This document shows, one piece after another, positions 36,616 through 47,113 of a DNA stretch of 56,825 nt. The position numbers and the translations under genes were made by a program. The notes under the pieces were generated by a model. The model had not been told where the DNA came from. It did no database searches and was given only the letters and a program-made list of their open reading frames with translations. This DNA is from a virus (Duplodnaviria; Caudoviricetes), in the IMG/VR virus record IMGVR_UViG_3300017910_000654, positions 1 to 56,825 of that record; one strand, written 5' to 3'. Position 1 is the stretch's first letter. Each line of letters starts with the position of its first letter.

Positions 36616-38097
36616 CTAGTCTTCGAATAATACGAAGTTGTTAGCACCCATAGTACAAACACATCTTTCAGATAGGAAGTGTACTTCCATTGCATCTAAA
36701 GAAGATGTTCTTGCACCTCCGGCAGAACCTGTAATCCAAGTTTTGTATCGTCTGTCCTCAGTTTCTGAAGCACGATATCTAACGTGGAGGTAAGGTCTCT
36801 TAGCATTCTTACCAAGAATTTGGTCGTAAACACTTGTTGAGCCTGCAGGGACCATCAATCCGTTGATAGCACCTGTACCCGCAACGTTCCCTCCTCTCAT
36901 TGTTGGGTCGTTCAAGTATTTCCAATCAGTCTTGTAGAAGTCATAACCTCTGCGGAATCCTGAGAATCCAAGGTTTAATGCCATCTCCTCATCGTTATCG
37001 AATAGACCGTAAGACGTACCACCCGCTCCATAAGAGTTTTGTGCAGCTAACATGTCATCAATAGCGAATCCAAACTGACGGTCGATGAACAATACGTTCT
37101 CCTCGATAGCACCCTGAGCATCTAATCTACCAATGATGGTATCAAAGTCAGCAAGAGCGTTAGGAACACCACCTGTCCAAAGGTTACCTCTTAGTCCTAC
37201 AGTGTAGAAGATACCCTCAGAACCTTTGTTACCAAATGTAGGGTTGAGTGCAGGATTAACAACACCTGAGTTAGCCTCAGCAGGAACTGCTTCAACCATA
37301 GCTGTCTCAAGATAGTCGTCGAATCTCAAACGAGTCTCGTGCTCAGACTTCATATACCATAGGTATCCGTTAGCACCGTTCTCAGTTGTAACCTCAATCC
37401 ATCCGATTTGAGCCATATCAGAACCGTTAACTTGATACTTGTCCTTGATAATGATAGGAGAGTTCTCGAAGATGTAGTCATCAGACTCAAGAGCACCGTC
37501 CATTCCAACTGTTCCTTTGCGGAACTCAGAACCATAAACGAAGATGGTTACATCTGATGCACCTGCACCTGTACCTGCAGTCACAAGACCACCTGCCTCG
37601 TAGAAAGCAATTGTTACTACACTTGTTCCTAGGTTCACGTCTGTAACAATACCCTTGTTCTCTCCTGAACCATCGTTCTGAACAACAACAACAGTCTGTC
37701 CTTCTCGTAACGCAATACCTGCAGTAGCACCAAACGCTGCAGCACCTGTAGTTTGAACAGGGTTACCTGCTCCGTCTAATGGTTGAGCCGCATCATTAAT
37801 AGTGAAAGCCGCTGAATCATCTCCTGCTGCAGCTGCTGTACCACACTGAGTGTACTTAACGTGAAGACGACCCTGCTCTGCCCACTTAACGAGGTCAGAG
37901 TTTGAAGGCATCTCAGCACCTACTAATCTCAAGAAAGAACTGATAGTTCTGTTTCCATATCGCTCAAACTCCTTTTCATAAGTATCAGGTAGATACTGAT
38001 TCAAGAAATCAAAGTTGGTTATATAATTTGTCGCCAAAGGCACCTGCTGTGCTGAAGGCTGTAGGTCAAAACCGGGACCTGTAAACGTACCTGCCAT
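36616..38097 (-). CDS. Major capsid protein
   Basis: 493 aa; follows portal and scaffold; followed by a terminator; biased codon use. Confidence 0.8.
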   Translation of the reverse strand: MAGTFTGPGFDLQPSAQQVPLATNYITNFDFLNQYLPDTYEKEFERYGNRTISSFLRLVGAEMPSNSDLVKWAEQGRLHVKYTQCGTAAAAGDDSAAFTINDAAQPLDGAGNPVQTTGAAAFGATAGIALREGQTVVVVQNDGSGENKGIVTDVNLGTSVVTIAFYEAGGLVTAGTGAGASDVTIFVYGSEFRKGTVGMDGALESDDYIFENSPIIIKDKYQVNGSDMAQIGWIEVTTENGANGYLWYMKSEHETRLRFDDYLETAMVEAVPAEANSGVVNPALNPTFGNKGSEGIFYTVGLRGNLWTGGVPNALADFDTIIGRLDAQGAIEENVLFIDRQFGFAIDDMLAAQNSYGAGGTSYGLFDNDEEMALNLGFSGFRRGYDFYKTDWKYLNDPTMRGGNVAGTGAINGLMVPAGSTSVYDQILGKNAKRPYLHVRYRASETEDRRYKTWITGSAGGARTSSLDAMEVHFLSERCVCTMGANNFVLFED

Positions 38098-38116
38098 ATT
38101 TTCTAGCTTTTTTTAG

Positions 38117-39232
38117 TTATTTATTCTTTTTACTCTTAATAGTTAAGCCTCTACTGCTTGGCGCAGATATAGACCTAATTTGCAAACCATCCTTGCTACG
38201 AGCAACCTGCGGAGTTTTACGCTCAGACATATTAATATTTTTCATCTTACGCGCTACGCCTTCAGTCGCATCTGACATACCCTGCTCATAAAAGAACCGA
38301 GCAAACCTTTCAGGATTGTTTGCGATGGCTAGAGCTCGGTGATATCCACTCGCATCCTCAAGTAAACCTGAATCATTAATAAACTTCTTTACGAAGCTTG
38401 ATGAATCAGAGTTTGCTTTTTTCAGCTCATCGACATTCTTGGTTGGTAAAAAAGTTAGCGTTTTATCCTCACCCACTTTGAAGTCAAAACCTTTGAACTC
38501 CGGGTTAAATACCTCGTCGGTTTTTTTCAAAAACCAATCACGCCTTCTCTTTAACTCTTCCTCTTGAGTCTTAGCCTGTTCAACATATTGATTATAAGAT
38601 TCCAAAGCTTGTCGCTGTTGCTCGGAGATTGAAGCCGTGCTTGACTCAAGGGGCTCTTTATACATCTCTTTCTGCTCTTTGAAAAACTTCTTAGCTTTTA
38701 CAATAGTTTTCTTTTTAGCCAACTTAGCTTTCTTGATATCTTTCTCATCATCCAAATCTTCATCGTATGAAAAGTCATCCATCATGAACTCTACATCCTC
38801 TGCATCTGTAGCTTCGCCTGAAGCTAGTAAATACTCAGATAAAAGTTGGTTATCATCCATAGCATCAAAATCACGACTAAGTTTTATGTAGTCGCTCATT
38901 CCTCTGCCTGTCTTTTGCTTGTATTCGAAATAAGCTTTTACATCTTCAGGTAGCTCATCGTTAGAGCTTTGCTGCTCAAACATTTGGTCTACCGACGTAA
39001 AATCTTTTTCATACCTATTCTTAATATAGGAAAGAACATCTTCCTCTTTTAACTCTGAGGATTGAGTTGATTGTTGTGCTTCAGGTTCTACCTCAACAGT
39101 AGTTTCTTCAGCAACGGTTGGTGTTTCTTCAACACCATTTACTTCTTGCTCGTGTTTGTCAAGCAATTCTTTTTCTACCTCTTGCGTGGACTTTTGCTCC
39201 ACCTCGCCTACGGCTCTTACTTTAATTTCCAT
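38117..39232 (-). CDS. Scaffold-like acidic coiled-coil protein
   Basis: E/D-rich; between portal and capsid. Confidence 0.65.
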   Translation of the reverse strand: MEIKVRAVGEVEQKSTQEVEKELLDKHEQEVNGVEETPTVAEETTVEVEPEAQQSTQSSELKEEDVLSYIKNRYEKDFTSVDQMFEQQSSNDELPEDVKAYFEYKQKTGRGMSDYIKLSRDFDAMDDNQLLSEYLLASGEATDAEDVEFMMDDFSYDEDLDDEKDIKKAKLAKKKTIVKAKKFFKEQKEMYKEPLESSTASISEQQRQALESYNQYVEQAKTQEEELKRRRDWFLKKTDEVFNPEFKGFDFKVGEDKTLTFLPTKNVDELKKANSDSSSFVKKFINDSGLLEDASGYHRALAIANNPERFARFFYEQGMSDATEGVARKMKNINMSERKTPQVARSKDGLQIRSISAPSSRGLTIKSKKNK

Positions 39233-39247
39233 TTAATTAGATTTTTG

Positions 39248-39255
39248 CAAAGTTA
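39248..39255 (-). promoter_or_regulatory. -7 element TAACTTTG
   Basis: TAnnTTTG ahead of scaffold-capsid. Confidence 0.55.
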
Positions 39256-39283
39256 ATAATAAAATATTGTCTATTTTTTTAGA

Positions 39284-41719
39284 CTATCTAGGAGAGAACT
39301 CAGCCAAATCAAAACCATCTAAACTGTCTTCATTGGATTCAAATATCTGTGGAGGAAGATTATTTTTCCTTTGATTTATTAATCTAGATTGTTGAGTATT
39401 TTGCTTATCAATTCTTTTAGATTTAGCCTCTTCTCTTTGAGTCTCTCTTTGTTGTAATGCCTTTTCAGAGATACCTCTTAACTGTTGATTATAGCTAAAC
39501 TCTTCAGCCATAAGCTGAGATTTTAATTTAGCTTCGTTATTCATTTTCTCAATTTCAAAAGCTATCTCTGCTTGCTTAAGCTGCATCTTGCCTTGCAACT
39601 CTGCTTGTTGTTTTTGCAGTGCAAGCTGTGCTGCCATTTGTTGAGATTTTAAATTTTGCTGTGCATTAATAGCCTGCTTCTGCATAGCCATTTGCTCTTC
39701 TCTTTCCTGCTTTTGCTTGCGCTTTAACTTCAATAGTTGATTAGCGAGTTTAATATTCTTAAGGCTTCTAATATCAATAGCATCCTCAAGATTAATATCT
39801 TGTTTAGATAATGCCATTTGTATGTTTTGTTCGAGTTGCGCTTGCTCCTCTTCGTCAGGAGCAACTTCAATAAATATTCCAAAGTCATAGATGTATAAGT
39901 CAGATATGTCGTTAAGAATACTTACGTTATACTTACCTATTTTGTTTGCAAAATCGTCTTTAAAATCTGCATACTCTAAAATATCTGCAACCCTATATGT
40001 TAACGCCTCTGAAATACTTCGGAACACAAATAAGCTTCCATCAAGAATATGTCTTGTGGCTACGTTAGAATTTAATGCAGCAAGCTTCTGAAGACCCACT
40101 AAAGAGTTCGGGTCAGGAATACTAGCATCCCTTGCCTCGTTAAGACCCGTAACAGTTCGAATCATGTTGAGGTAATGGTTGTAGTTGGTTATTAGCATTT
40201 GAGTTTTGTTTGCACCCGAAGATGACTGAAGCTCTCGAATCGGAACTCTCCCACTGTTTAGTTCTCCATCTTGCGTATATGACCTACCAATTACTGAACC
40301 TGTTTGAAAGTATAGTCTCAGTGCATCTTCAGGATTGTAGGCTGCCCCTGTTCCCAAGTCAACCTCGTTGAGCCCATCTGCATCTATGTACACTCCATCA
40401 GGAACAACGCGAGCAATAACCTGCTGCAGCTTTAAGTGTGTCATCTGAATTAAATCAGCAAATGGAATCATTCTTCTTACCAAGGACTCAATAACTCCTT
40501 TATACATTCTTGGTGCAACAGCAACGTAGTTAGGCAAGGCATGCTGACTAGAGGACTTTGGGCGTACCATATTTTGAGCTAGCTCCCATTTCAAAAGTAT
40601 ATTGGTGCCCATTACCATTACACCATTATACCAAACATCAATAGTCTTTTCAAACTTTTCAAAGTTCCCTTCCTCCATAACTTCTACAGGAGGATTAAAT
40701 TGGTCATCTTTTTCAATCACCTTAGTTCCACCACTAGACATAACTTTTTTCTTATAAACCATTTTTTTGGTGGTCTTATAATTAAAGTACATCAAAGTCA
40801 CTGTGTCTCTGTAAAAGATATCATTTTCATAAAACTGAGCAGTATTATAATAATCATACCAAGATTGACTATACTTAGATATTTCCTCCAAGTCTTCGTT
40901 AGTTAATGAAGGGTCAATTTTTTTGCACTCTATAATTGGCAGTGTTTTAATCTCACCCCAATAAAAACAATCTTTAAAGTGAGGGTCTTCTGTATAGCTA
41001 TATACGATATTAGCAGGGTCTACATATTTTACCTCTACTCCTGCGCCCGGTAAAAACTCATGCTTTGCAACGCCAATGCCTAATACTGCAAGGTCGTAGT
41101 CAACCCTCTTTCTTAAATCTAAATAGTGATTTTCTTCAAGAATAGTATTGATTGCTTCCTCCTCTGCTATCTCTATAGCGGGTTTATAGTTAAGCTGCAT
41201 ATATAGTGAAAGCTCCTCGTCAGTTTCAGGAAGTTGGTCGGAAGGCATTATAAAAGGGTCAACATTTCCCTTTTCTTGTATTACAGATAAAACATCCTTT
41301 GCTGCCATTTGCCCCTCAATCATATCCTGATACTTAGAGCGTTTCGCTTGAGACATTGCATCCTGAGCATAAGCCTTAACTTTAAACAGCCTATCAGACA
41401 TTCCATTAACCACGATGTCAACAAACTTAGGGATAACAGGAACGGGTGTCCAATCTAAATTAAGATAACTTAGGTCTCCGTCGATAGCTAGCTCGTCTTT
41501 GTACTTACGTATTGACTGTTCGCCTCGAGCATACAATCTTAGCCTATGGAACTCTCTCCATTGGTCATAGTATCTACAACTATTCCCATCCTTTCTAAAC
41601 CATTCATATTGAATCGCCTGCCCAATCTGCAGACCAAATTCATCTGTGGCTTTTTCAGCATCAGATACAAACTGACTTGGAAACCCCGCAGATGTAATGT
41701 TTATTTTTACATCCTTCAT
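39284..41719 (-). CDS. Portal protein
   Basis: 811 aa; follows terminase; Q-rich coiled-coil C terminus typical of podovirus portals. Confidence 0.8.
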   Translation of the reverse strand: MKDVKINITSAGFPSQFVSDAEKATDEFGLQIGQAIQYEWFRKDGNSCRYYDQWREFHRLRLYARGEQSIRKYKDELAIDGDLSYLNLDWTPVPVIPKFVDIVVNGMSDRLFKVKAYAQDAMSQAKRSKYQDMIEGQMAAKDVLSVIQEKGNVDPFIMPSDQLPETDEELSLYMQLNYKPAIEIAEEEAINTILEENHYLDLRKRVDYDLAVLGIGVAKHEFLPGAGVEVKYVDPANIVYSYTEDPHFKDCFYWGEIKTLPIIECKKIDPSLTNEDLEEISKYSQSWYDYYNTAQFYENDIFYRDTVTLMYFNYKTTKKMVYKKKVMSSGGTKVIEKDDQFNPPVEVMEEGNFEKFEKTIDVWYNGVMVMGTNILLKWELAQNMVRPKSSSQHALPNYVAVAPRMYKGVIESLVRRMIPFADLIQMTHLKLQQVIARVVPDGVYIDADGLNEVDLGTGAAYNPEDALRLYFQTGSVIGRSYTQDGELNSGRVPIRELQSSSGANKTQMLITNYNHYLNMIRTVTGLNEARDASIPDPNSLVGLQKLAALNSNVATRHILDGSLFVFRSISEALTYRVADILEYADFKDDFANKIGKYNVSILNDISDLYIYDFGIFIEVAPDEEEQAQLEQNIQMALSKQDINLEDAIDIRSLKNIKLANQLLKLKRKQKQEREEQMAMQKQAINAQQNLKSQQMAAQLALQKQQAELQGKMQLKQAEIAFEIEKMNNEAKLKSQLMAEEFSYNQQLRGISEKALQQRETQREEAKSKRIDKQNTQQSRLINQRKNNLPPQIFESNEDSLDGFDLAEFSPR

Positions 41720-43950
41720 CTAATTATTTGACTTGTGTTGCCACTGTTACTATACCTAGCAAATTTAATCATAATTCTTGACTCCTTTTTTTGAGGTTGA
41801 TACAGATGCTTTTGACAAGCCATAATAGCCAATCCTGAGCTAATAGATGCATCATACTTTGTCCTGTTGTTTATATCAAACCTAGCCCAATCCTCTAGCG
41901 TTCTATTAAATGCCATTGTATTCATTTCATCACTTTCTGTATTCAAGCCCACATGATTTTCTATATAAGATTCTATAGCTGCTGCGTGAGCCTGCTTTAC
42001 ATCCTCTGATGTGTTCGGTATACCTCCTAGCTCTCTTTCTGTCTTAGATAGCTTCGTAAACACCTTGTCGGGTCTGTTCATACAGTAACCCCTGTAGCCT
42101 CTGTTCTTGAAATGATACAACAGCCTTGGCTTGTTATTTTCTATAAGGATAGGCATGCCATAAAATACACATGCCATAAGAACATCCTCAAAGAATATCT
42201 CTGCTGTCTGCGGTCGAGCCACATACTCTAAGAAGAACTCGTTGCTCGGAGCCTCCTCCATATTGAACTTAGTTAAGCCATGCAATGAGCCATTAGACCC
42301 GCCTCCGCCTACAGTACCACTGATATCATAGGAGTCACAACCAAAAGCACCTATGTGGTCATTGCCCGGATACTTTGAATTATTCTTTGTTATAATATTA
42401 TTCTGTAGATTGGCATTAGGCACCCATGTTATTTTAAACCGACCGCGTTTGTCGGGGCTAAATATAACTTTGGTATCCTTAATCCCATTCTTCCATCTAA
42501 ACGAGCCAACCGTTACGTATTGGTCTGATATCATAGCATCGTTATAATCTATTTGCTGATATATCTTAGTCAGGTTGAACAACGACTGTTTACTCTCATC
42601 CCTAAATGCATGCGACTCGGTGCGAGGAAACTGTCGGTAGTATTCGTTTAGTGCATCGGGGTCATTCTTCATTGAATCAACCTCGTTCTCCCAATACTCT
42701 ATAGCACCCTGATAAATCATTTCGTTATCTATGCCTAAGACTTCAGTGGGTGGGGTGTAAAGCACAGGCATGCCATACCTGTCAATAAAACCTTCCATAT
42801 TCCACTCCATAGGAATAAACAAAGAATACAATCCGCTTTTTGTTTGACCGTTTGAGTTTCTAACTGTAACATCAGAGTCATAGTAAAGCTTCTTGAAGTT
42901 CTCGCCACCCTTGTTAAGTGCATTGGATGTAGAACCCATCATGCATTTGCCAATAATCTTACTACCTAATCGAAGGCACGTTTTAGTTACACGCCAATTG
43001 TTAAGAATGTTGTTCGGCTTCAACCACTTCCCACTCTCATCGTGTACTAACAATAAAAGCTTTTCACCATCATAGCTGTTGTCGTCTGTATTCTTCCAAT
43101 CTATTGTTGTATCAAGACCCTGTATCTGCTCCTCATCCATGTCGTACATGTTCTTCTTGGTAATCTTAGATGCAGGAACTCTGTACGCAAGCTCAGTCTT
43201 CGGCTTGTCCATACCATCCATGATAGGCTTGAAGAAGAACGGCAGCCTGCTGTTTATAGGAACAACCTTGTCGGTAAACATTTTCTTTGCATCAGAACCT
43301 GTCTTTGATAGTATACCCACCCGAGAGTCTTTGGCAAGTGTACCTGTATTAACGCATTCTGATGAACTCATGAATGAGAATCCTGAACGACGTATTTTAA
43401 GATATATCATTCCAAAGCTTCTCTTATCAGCCTTGCACGCCTCCCAAAATAAATACAATATTCTGTTTGCCTCTCTATAGTCGGGGTATCCTACATCAAT
43501 GTTTGTCCACTGCAGATACATATAGTGTGCACCTGTTATGTACGTTGGCTTTCCTTTATTCATAAACCAACAGCCGTCCTCCCTGTAATCAAACTCTTGT
43601 TCGATATAATCAACCCACCTAGCTTTGAAGTCGGATGGCATCTCGTTCCATTGAAAGATAGACTGTATCCTGCTTAGCTGCTTGGGTAACTCTCGTCTCT
43701 CCCAATACTGCTGTTTCTTTTCTTTGTGTCTTTGAAGACACTCTTTGGGAGCTTTGGGCAAAGCAACCTTTAGTCCTGATATCTCTATGACATCTCCAAT
43801 CTGTCCTGTCTTTGATATAACAACCACATCATACTTTGGGTTGTATCCATACAGCCACGAGCGGTTGCGATTCTTGTTTGATACAACAGCCTTTGGTACA
43901 AAATCTTTTAGTACTCTATATAGTGCGCTATTTTGACCTTCGTTCAGCAA
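41716..43950 (-). CDS. terL: Terminase large subunit
   Basis: KIRRSGFS Walker A variant, VHDESGK Walker B, GSTSN, GCDSYD nuclease motif, IENNK, YDASISSG. Confidence 0.85.
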   Translation of the reverse strand: MLNEGQNSALYRVLKDFVPKAVVSNKNRNRSWLYGYNPKYDVVVISKTGQIGDVIEISGLKVALPKAPKECLQRHKEKKQQYWERRELPKQLSRIQSIFQWNEMPSDFKARWVDYIEQEFDYREDGCWFMNKGKPTYITGAHYMYLQWTNIDVGYPDYREANRILYLFWEACKADKRSFGMIYLKIRRSGFSFMSSSECVNTGTLAKDSRVGILSKTGSDAKKMFTDKVVPINSRLPFFFKPIMDGMDKPKTELAYRVPASKITKKNMYDMDEEQIQGLDTTIDWKNTDDNSYDGEKLLLLVHDESGKWLKPNNILNNWRVTKTCLRLGSKIIGKCMMGSTSNALNKGGENFKKLYYDSDVTVRNSNGQTKSGLYSLFIPMEWNMEGFIDRYGMPVLYTPPTEVLGIDNEMIYQGAIEYWENEVDSMKNDPDALNEYYRQFPRTESHAFRDESKQSLFNLTKIYQQIDYNDAMISDQYVTVGSFRWKNGIKDTKVIFSPDKRGRFKITWVPNANLQNNIITKNNSKYPGNDHIGAFGCDSYDISGTVGGGGSNGSLHGLTKFNMEEAPSNEFFLEYVARPQTAEIFFEDVLMACVFYGMPILIENNKPRLLYHFKNRGYRGYCMNRPDKVFTKLSKTERELGGIPNTSEDVKQAHAAAIESYIENHVGLNTESDEMNTMAFNRTLEDWARFDINNRTKYDASISSGLAIMACQKHLYQPQKKESRIMIKFARYSNSGNTSQIIR
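43726..43741. repeat. Palindrome copy 15 (GTGTCTTTGAAGACAC), inside terL
   Basis: Matches consensus. Confidence 0.9.
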
Positions 43951-44206
43951 ATCCTTGTTTAGTGTCTACCTTTGCATTACCACCTGACTCGTTCAATGCT
44001 TCGCGTTCCTCCTCAATCCTTTTGAGTATCTCAAACGCATCAAATATCGCAAGCTTCTTTGTGGCTGCTGCATTCTTAAGTCGGTCAGCAGCTAGGTCAT
44101 CCTCGGGGTCGGGCTTGATAATCTTCTCCTTTGCAACCTTTATAAGCTGCTCGACAGCATCCTGTCCCGCCTGTATAATCCTTAACTTAATATCTCTAGT
44201 GCTCAT
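43928..44206 (-). CDS. Probable terminase small subunit
   Basis: Helical protein directly upstream of and overlapping terL. Confidence 0.45.
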   Translation of the reverse strand: MSTRDIKLRIIQAGQDAVEQLIKVAKEKIIKPDPEDDLAADRLKNAAATKKLAIFDAFEILKRIEEEREALNESGGNAKVDTKQGFAERRSK

Positions 44207-44393
44207 CCTTTTGTATTGCAGATGAAAGGCTGTATGTAGTCTTGCTGTCCGAGTTCTTGTTTAGTAATGCTATAAGATTAAGTGCCTCATACACATCAGT
44301 AAATGAAAGAACCTCACCAAGCTCGTCAAGCATATATGTCTTAATAATACTTCCGTCAGCGGCTACAATCTCTTTTAATATTTTTATCGTCAT
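44196..44393 (-). CDS. Hypothetical protein
   Basis: ORF track. Confidence 0.6.
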   Translation of the reverse strand: MTIKILKEIVAADGSIIKTYMLDELGEVLSFTDVYEALNLIALLNKNSDSKTTYSLSSAIQKDEH

Positions 44394-44953
44394 AATACTG
44401 CTACTATTGAGTGGTCATACATTCTATACAGCACCTGCTCGTCAACTACAAACTCATAGTCTTGATGTGGCTTATAGCAAACTCTATCACCAACCTTTAC
44501 GCCTTTTTCTTTTAATCCTTCATTTAATATAACCATTTCTCCCATCAGAGGCTCACGGCTCAGTGGTTTAAAGATGTAACTATCTAATGGTGGTATAGAT
44601 TTTATAAAGCAGTATCGGTCATACCCATACCACTTGTCGTCTTTCTTGTATGCAAAAAATTGGTCGGGGTCTAAAAAGAATATGTTGTCTCGCAAAAAAC
44701 TCTTACCGCTTTTTCGCCTACCCTTCATATCATTGTAGAACTTAAACACGTTGTGATGAACCAATAGGGTGTCACCTTTCTCGATTGGTCCGCAGTATTC
44801 CAACGGAGTCTCGACAACTATAGCCTGTCTGTTTGATGTAGCCACATCCTCTTCCGATGTGCTTGTAATAAAATCAACCCCTGCTATATTTTTTATGTTA
44901 TCGTATCGTCTGTTATTTTTTGGTTCTACAATGAATTGATAAATAGATTTCAT
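44390..44953 (-). CDS. Tandem GroES-like fold protein
   Basis: Two GroES-like halves (IEKGDTLLV; VKVGDRVCY...YEFVVDEQVLYRM). Confidence 0.5.
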   Translation of the reverse strand: MKSIYQFIVEPKNNRRYDNIKNIAGVDFITSTSEEDVATSNRQAIVVETPLEYCGPIEKGDTLLVHHNVFKFYNDMKGRRKSGKSFLRDNIFFLDPDQFFAYKKDDKWYGYDRYCFIKSIPPLDSYIFKPLSREPLMGEMVILNEGLKEKGVKVGDRVCYKPHQDYEFVVDEQVLYRMYDHSIVAVL

Positions 44954-45177
44954 TAAAAATTTATATTGTATTCGATGGATACAGGCATCACCCTATTAAA
45001 CTCTTTCCAAAGAACAACCTCATTGCCCTTCTCAATCCATATTCTAAAAGACTCTGTCTCCTCATAATATTTAATAAGGTGTATGGTGTACTTTCCACCA
45101 AGAACATCCTGCCCTACCAAATAGTGCATAGCTCCCGACATATAGTCAGGACCCACAGAAATCTTTCGAATGTCCAT
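44953..45177 (-). CDS. Conserved hypothetical protein
   Basis: ORF track; overlaps both neighbours. Confidence 0.75.
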   Translation of the reverse strand: MDIRKISVGPDYMSGAMHYLVGQDVLGGKYTIHLIKYYEETESFRIWIEKGNEVVLWKEFNRVMPVSIEYNINF

Positions 45178-45881
45178 TACTGTTTCTTGTATACAGATAT
45201 AGATGCAGACGGTACATCTGTCATACCAACTATAGTTGTAGAGTTAGCAAGCATCCCTGCGTTACCTCCTGTTTTTACTGCAAAAGCAAATTTCAGTGTT
45301 GTACTAGCTGAAGTTACTTTTATTGGAAAAGAAATATCATTGCTTCTAACTACAACAGAAGCAGGAAACGAATGAATTGTTGGGCTTATATTTGATACAC
45401 TCCCATTTATTTCATAATTCATAAACACAACTGATGCTGTTCCTCCTACATTGCCCACGCTAAAATGTGCTTGAACAAAATAATCTCCTACGGTATTAAA
45501 CGTAACGGTTCCCAATCCATCTATTGAAACATTAGTCCCAATTGTTCCCGCACCAAAAGCAATCTGAGTCTTTGTAGCAGTACCCGCAAGGGTTTGGTCA
45601 GCACCATTTTTAGAAAATAACTCTTGAACATATCCGGTTAAATTCAATATATCTGATACTACAAATTTTTTAGCATTATCACTATCACTAGTATCTAAGC
45701 CAATTAACTTGTCATCCATAGCCGGGGTAGCAGATGGCAGTGAACCCAACATAGGAGTAGCCATAGAGCCTACTGTTATTGTCTTAGTATTGTTAGAGTC
45801 GCTTACGTCTGTTGCAACCATGTAATCACCACTAGCCGGTGTTATCGTTGGATATTGTGCAGTATTAGATATCTTACCCAT
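45177..45881 (-). CDS. Tail fibre/spike-like protein
   Basis: N-terminal TPA..D...DxSD repeats; beta-rich C-terminal domain. Confidence 0.55.
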   Translation of the reverse strand: MGKISNTAQYPTITPASGDYMVATDVSDSNNTKTITVGSMATPMLGSLPSATPAMDDKLIGLDTSDSDNAKKFVVSDILNLTGYVQELFSKNGADQTLAGTATKTQIAFGAGTIGTNVSIDGLGTVTFNTVGDYFVQAHFSVGNVGGTASVVFMNYEINGSVSNISPTIHSFPASVVVRSNDISFPIKVTSASTTLKFAFAVKTGGNAGMLANSTTIVGMTDVPSASISVYKKQ

Positions 45882-46108
45882 TATTCTTCTTTTTGTTTTA
45901 CCTCTCCGGTTTGTAAGTTAATCACAGCATCCTTTCCGTACTTCTCTATAAGCTTCTGCTCGTTCTGTGCGAACTGCATTTTTAAAGCTCCTATCTCTGA
46001 AATTATAGATGCCTTTTGAATCTCAATGTCTCCAAGCATCATTTTCTTTTTAGAAAAGTCAGTGTTAAGAGTCTGTATCTCTGTTAGTTCTTCTTTAGTA
46101 AGTTTCAT
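45881..46108 (-). CDS. Small coiled-coil protein
   Basis: LIEKYGKDAVINLQTGEV motif. Confidence 0.7.
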   Translation of the reverse strand: MKLTKEELTEIQTLNTDFSKKKMMLGDIEIQKASIISEIGALKMQFAQNEQKLIEKYGKDAVINLQTGEVKQKEE

Positions 46109-46132
46109 TAGATTTTATTTTGTACAAATATA

Positions 46133-46561
46133 CTACTCTTTTTTTCTACGCTCCCGTCGTCTTTCCCGTCGTGGATTCGTGATAGATACTTTTTCTATGG
46201 AGCGACCTCCAAAGTATGCCGTGATAACGGTGATAAGCACCACCTGCAAAAGGTCTACCCAATTTTGTTTTACCTCAAACTGAATCTTACCCGCATCAAT
46301 AAATACAAGCAGCACCGTTGACACAACCAAAAACAATAGCACGATAGGTCTTACGTTTTGAGATAGCCAACTCTGAGAGCCCATGTCAGACTCCCAACGG
46401 TCTGTTACGTTCTCCTGTGCACTAGCCTCAGCATCAATAATAATCTGTGTAAGCTCCTTCTCGAACTCAACCCTTTCTTCTTTTGTTGTTACAAATCTAT
46501 CTATAAGACTGCCTACTTTATCGGCACCCTCTCCTAGTAATTTTCCTCCAAATAATTTCAT
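46133..46561 (-). CDS. Holin (3TM/GTA-holin-like)
   Basis: DRWESD..SWLSQNVRP, TM helices, AYFGGRSIEK; next to the amidase. Confidence 0.75.
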   Translation of the reverse strand: MKLFGGKLLGEGADKVGSLIDRFVTTKEERVEFEKELTQIIIDAEASAQENVTDRWESDMGSQSWLSQNVRPIVLLFLVVSTVLLVFIDAGKIQFEVKQNWVDLLQVVLITVITAYFGGRSIEKVSITNPRRERRRERRKKE

Positions 46562-46977
46562 AGGTCCTTGTATTCCTCAGCAGCATCAAAGCTTGGGCAA
46601 GCCTTAGCCGCAAACTCATTGTGTCCGTGAATGGTTGCGTTAGGTGCAGCCAACTTTAGAAACGTAAGAAGCTCAAGTAATGACTTCTTCTGAGCATCTG
46701 TTCGTGTATCCTTCGGTGTCTTGCCATCTTTCTCTACGCCACCAATGTAGCATATACCCCATGACGTTGGGTTCTCTTTTGAAGCGTGTGCTCCCTGAAC
46801 ATCAAGGTCACGACCTTTCTGAATCGTTCCGTCCATCAGAACAACAAAATGATATCCTATGCCTCTCCATCCTCTAGCCTTATGCCACCTGTCAATAGTA
46901 GCGGCATCAATGGAATCATCACCCTCGCGTGTAGCCGCACAGTGAACAATAATTTTTTCTATATTACTAATCTTCAT
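46558..46977 (-). CDS. N-acetylmuramoyl-L-alanine amidase (T7 lysozyme-like endolysin)
   Basis: IIVHCAAT, IGYHF, GAH, ICYIGG, GHNEFAAKACPSF. Confidence 0.92.
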   Translation of the reverse strand: MKISNIEKIIVHCAATREGDDSIDAATIDRWHKARGWRGIGYHFVVLMDGTIQKGRDLDVQGAHASKENPTSWGICYIGGVEKDGKTPKDTRTDAQKKSLLELLTFLKLAAPNATIHGHNEFAAKACPSFDAAEEYKDL

Positions 46978-47108
46978 CTTCCCTGACCTTTGTATTTCTT
47001 TTTATATAATTTACTGCTTTTATGCTTAGATGTTTTGTTCTTGGAGTGTACGCCCGGTCTAGACACCTTACCTCCGCCATCGTAAAACGAATCAACCTTT
47101 CTAGCCAT
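46974..47108 (-). CDS. 44-aa basic peptide ending KKKYKGQGR
   Basis: Hand-translated; ATGA overlap with the amidase. Confidence 0.65.
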   Translation of the reverse strand: MARKVDSFYDGGGKVSRPGVHSKNKTSKHKSSKLYKKKYKGQGR

Positions 47109-47113
47109 TGTAA

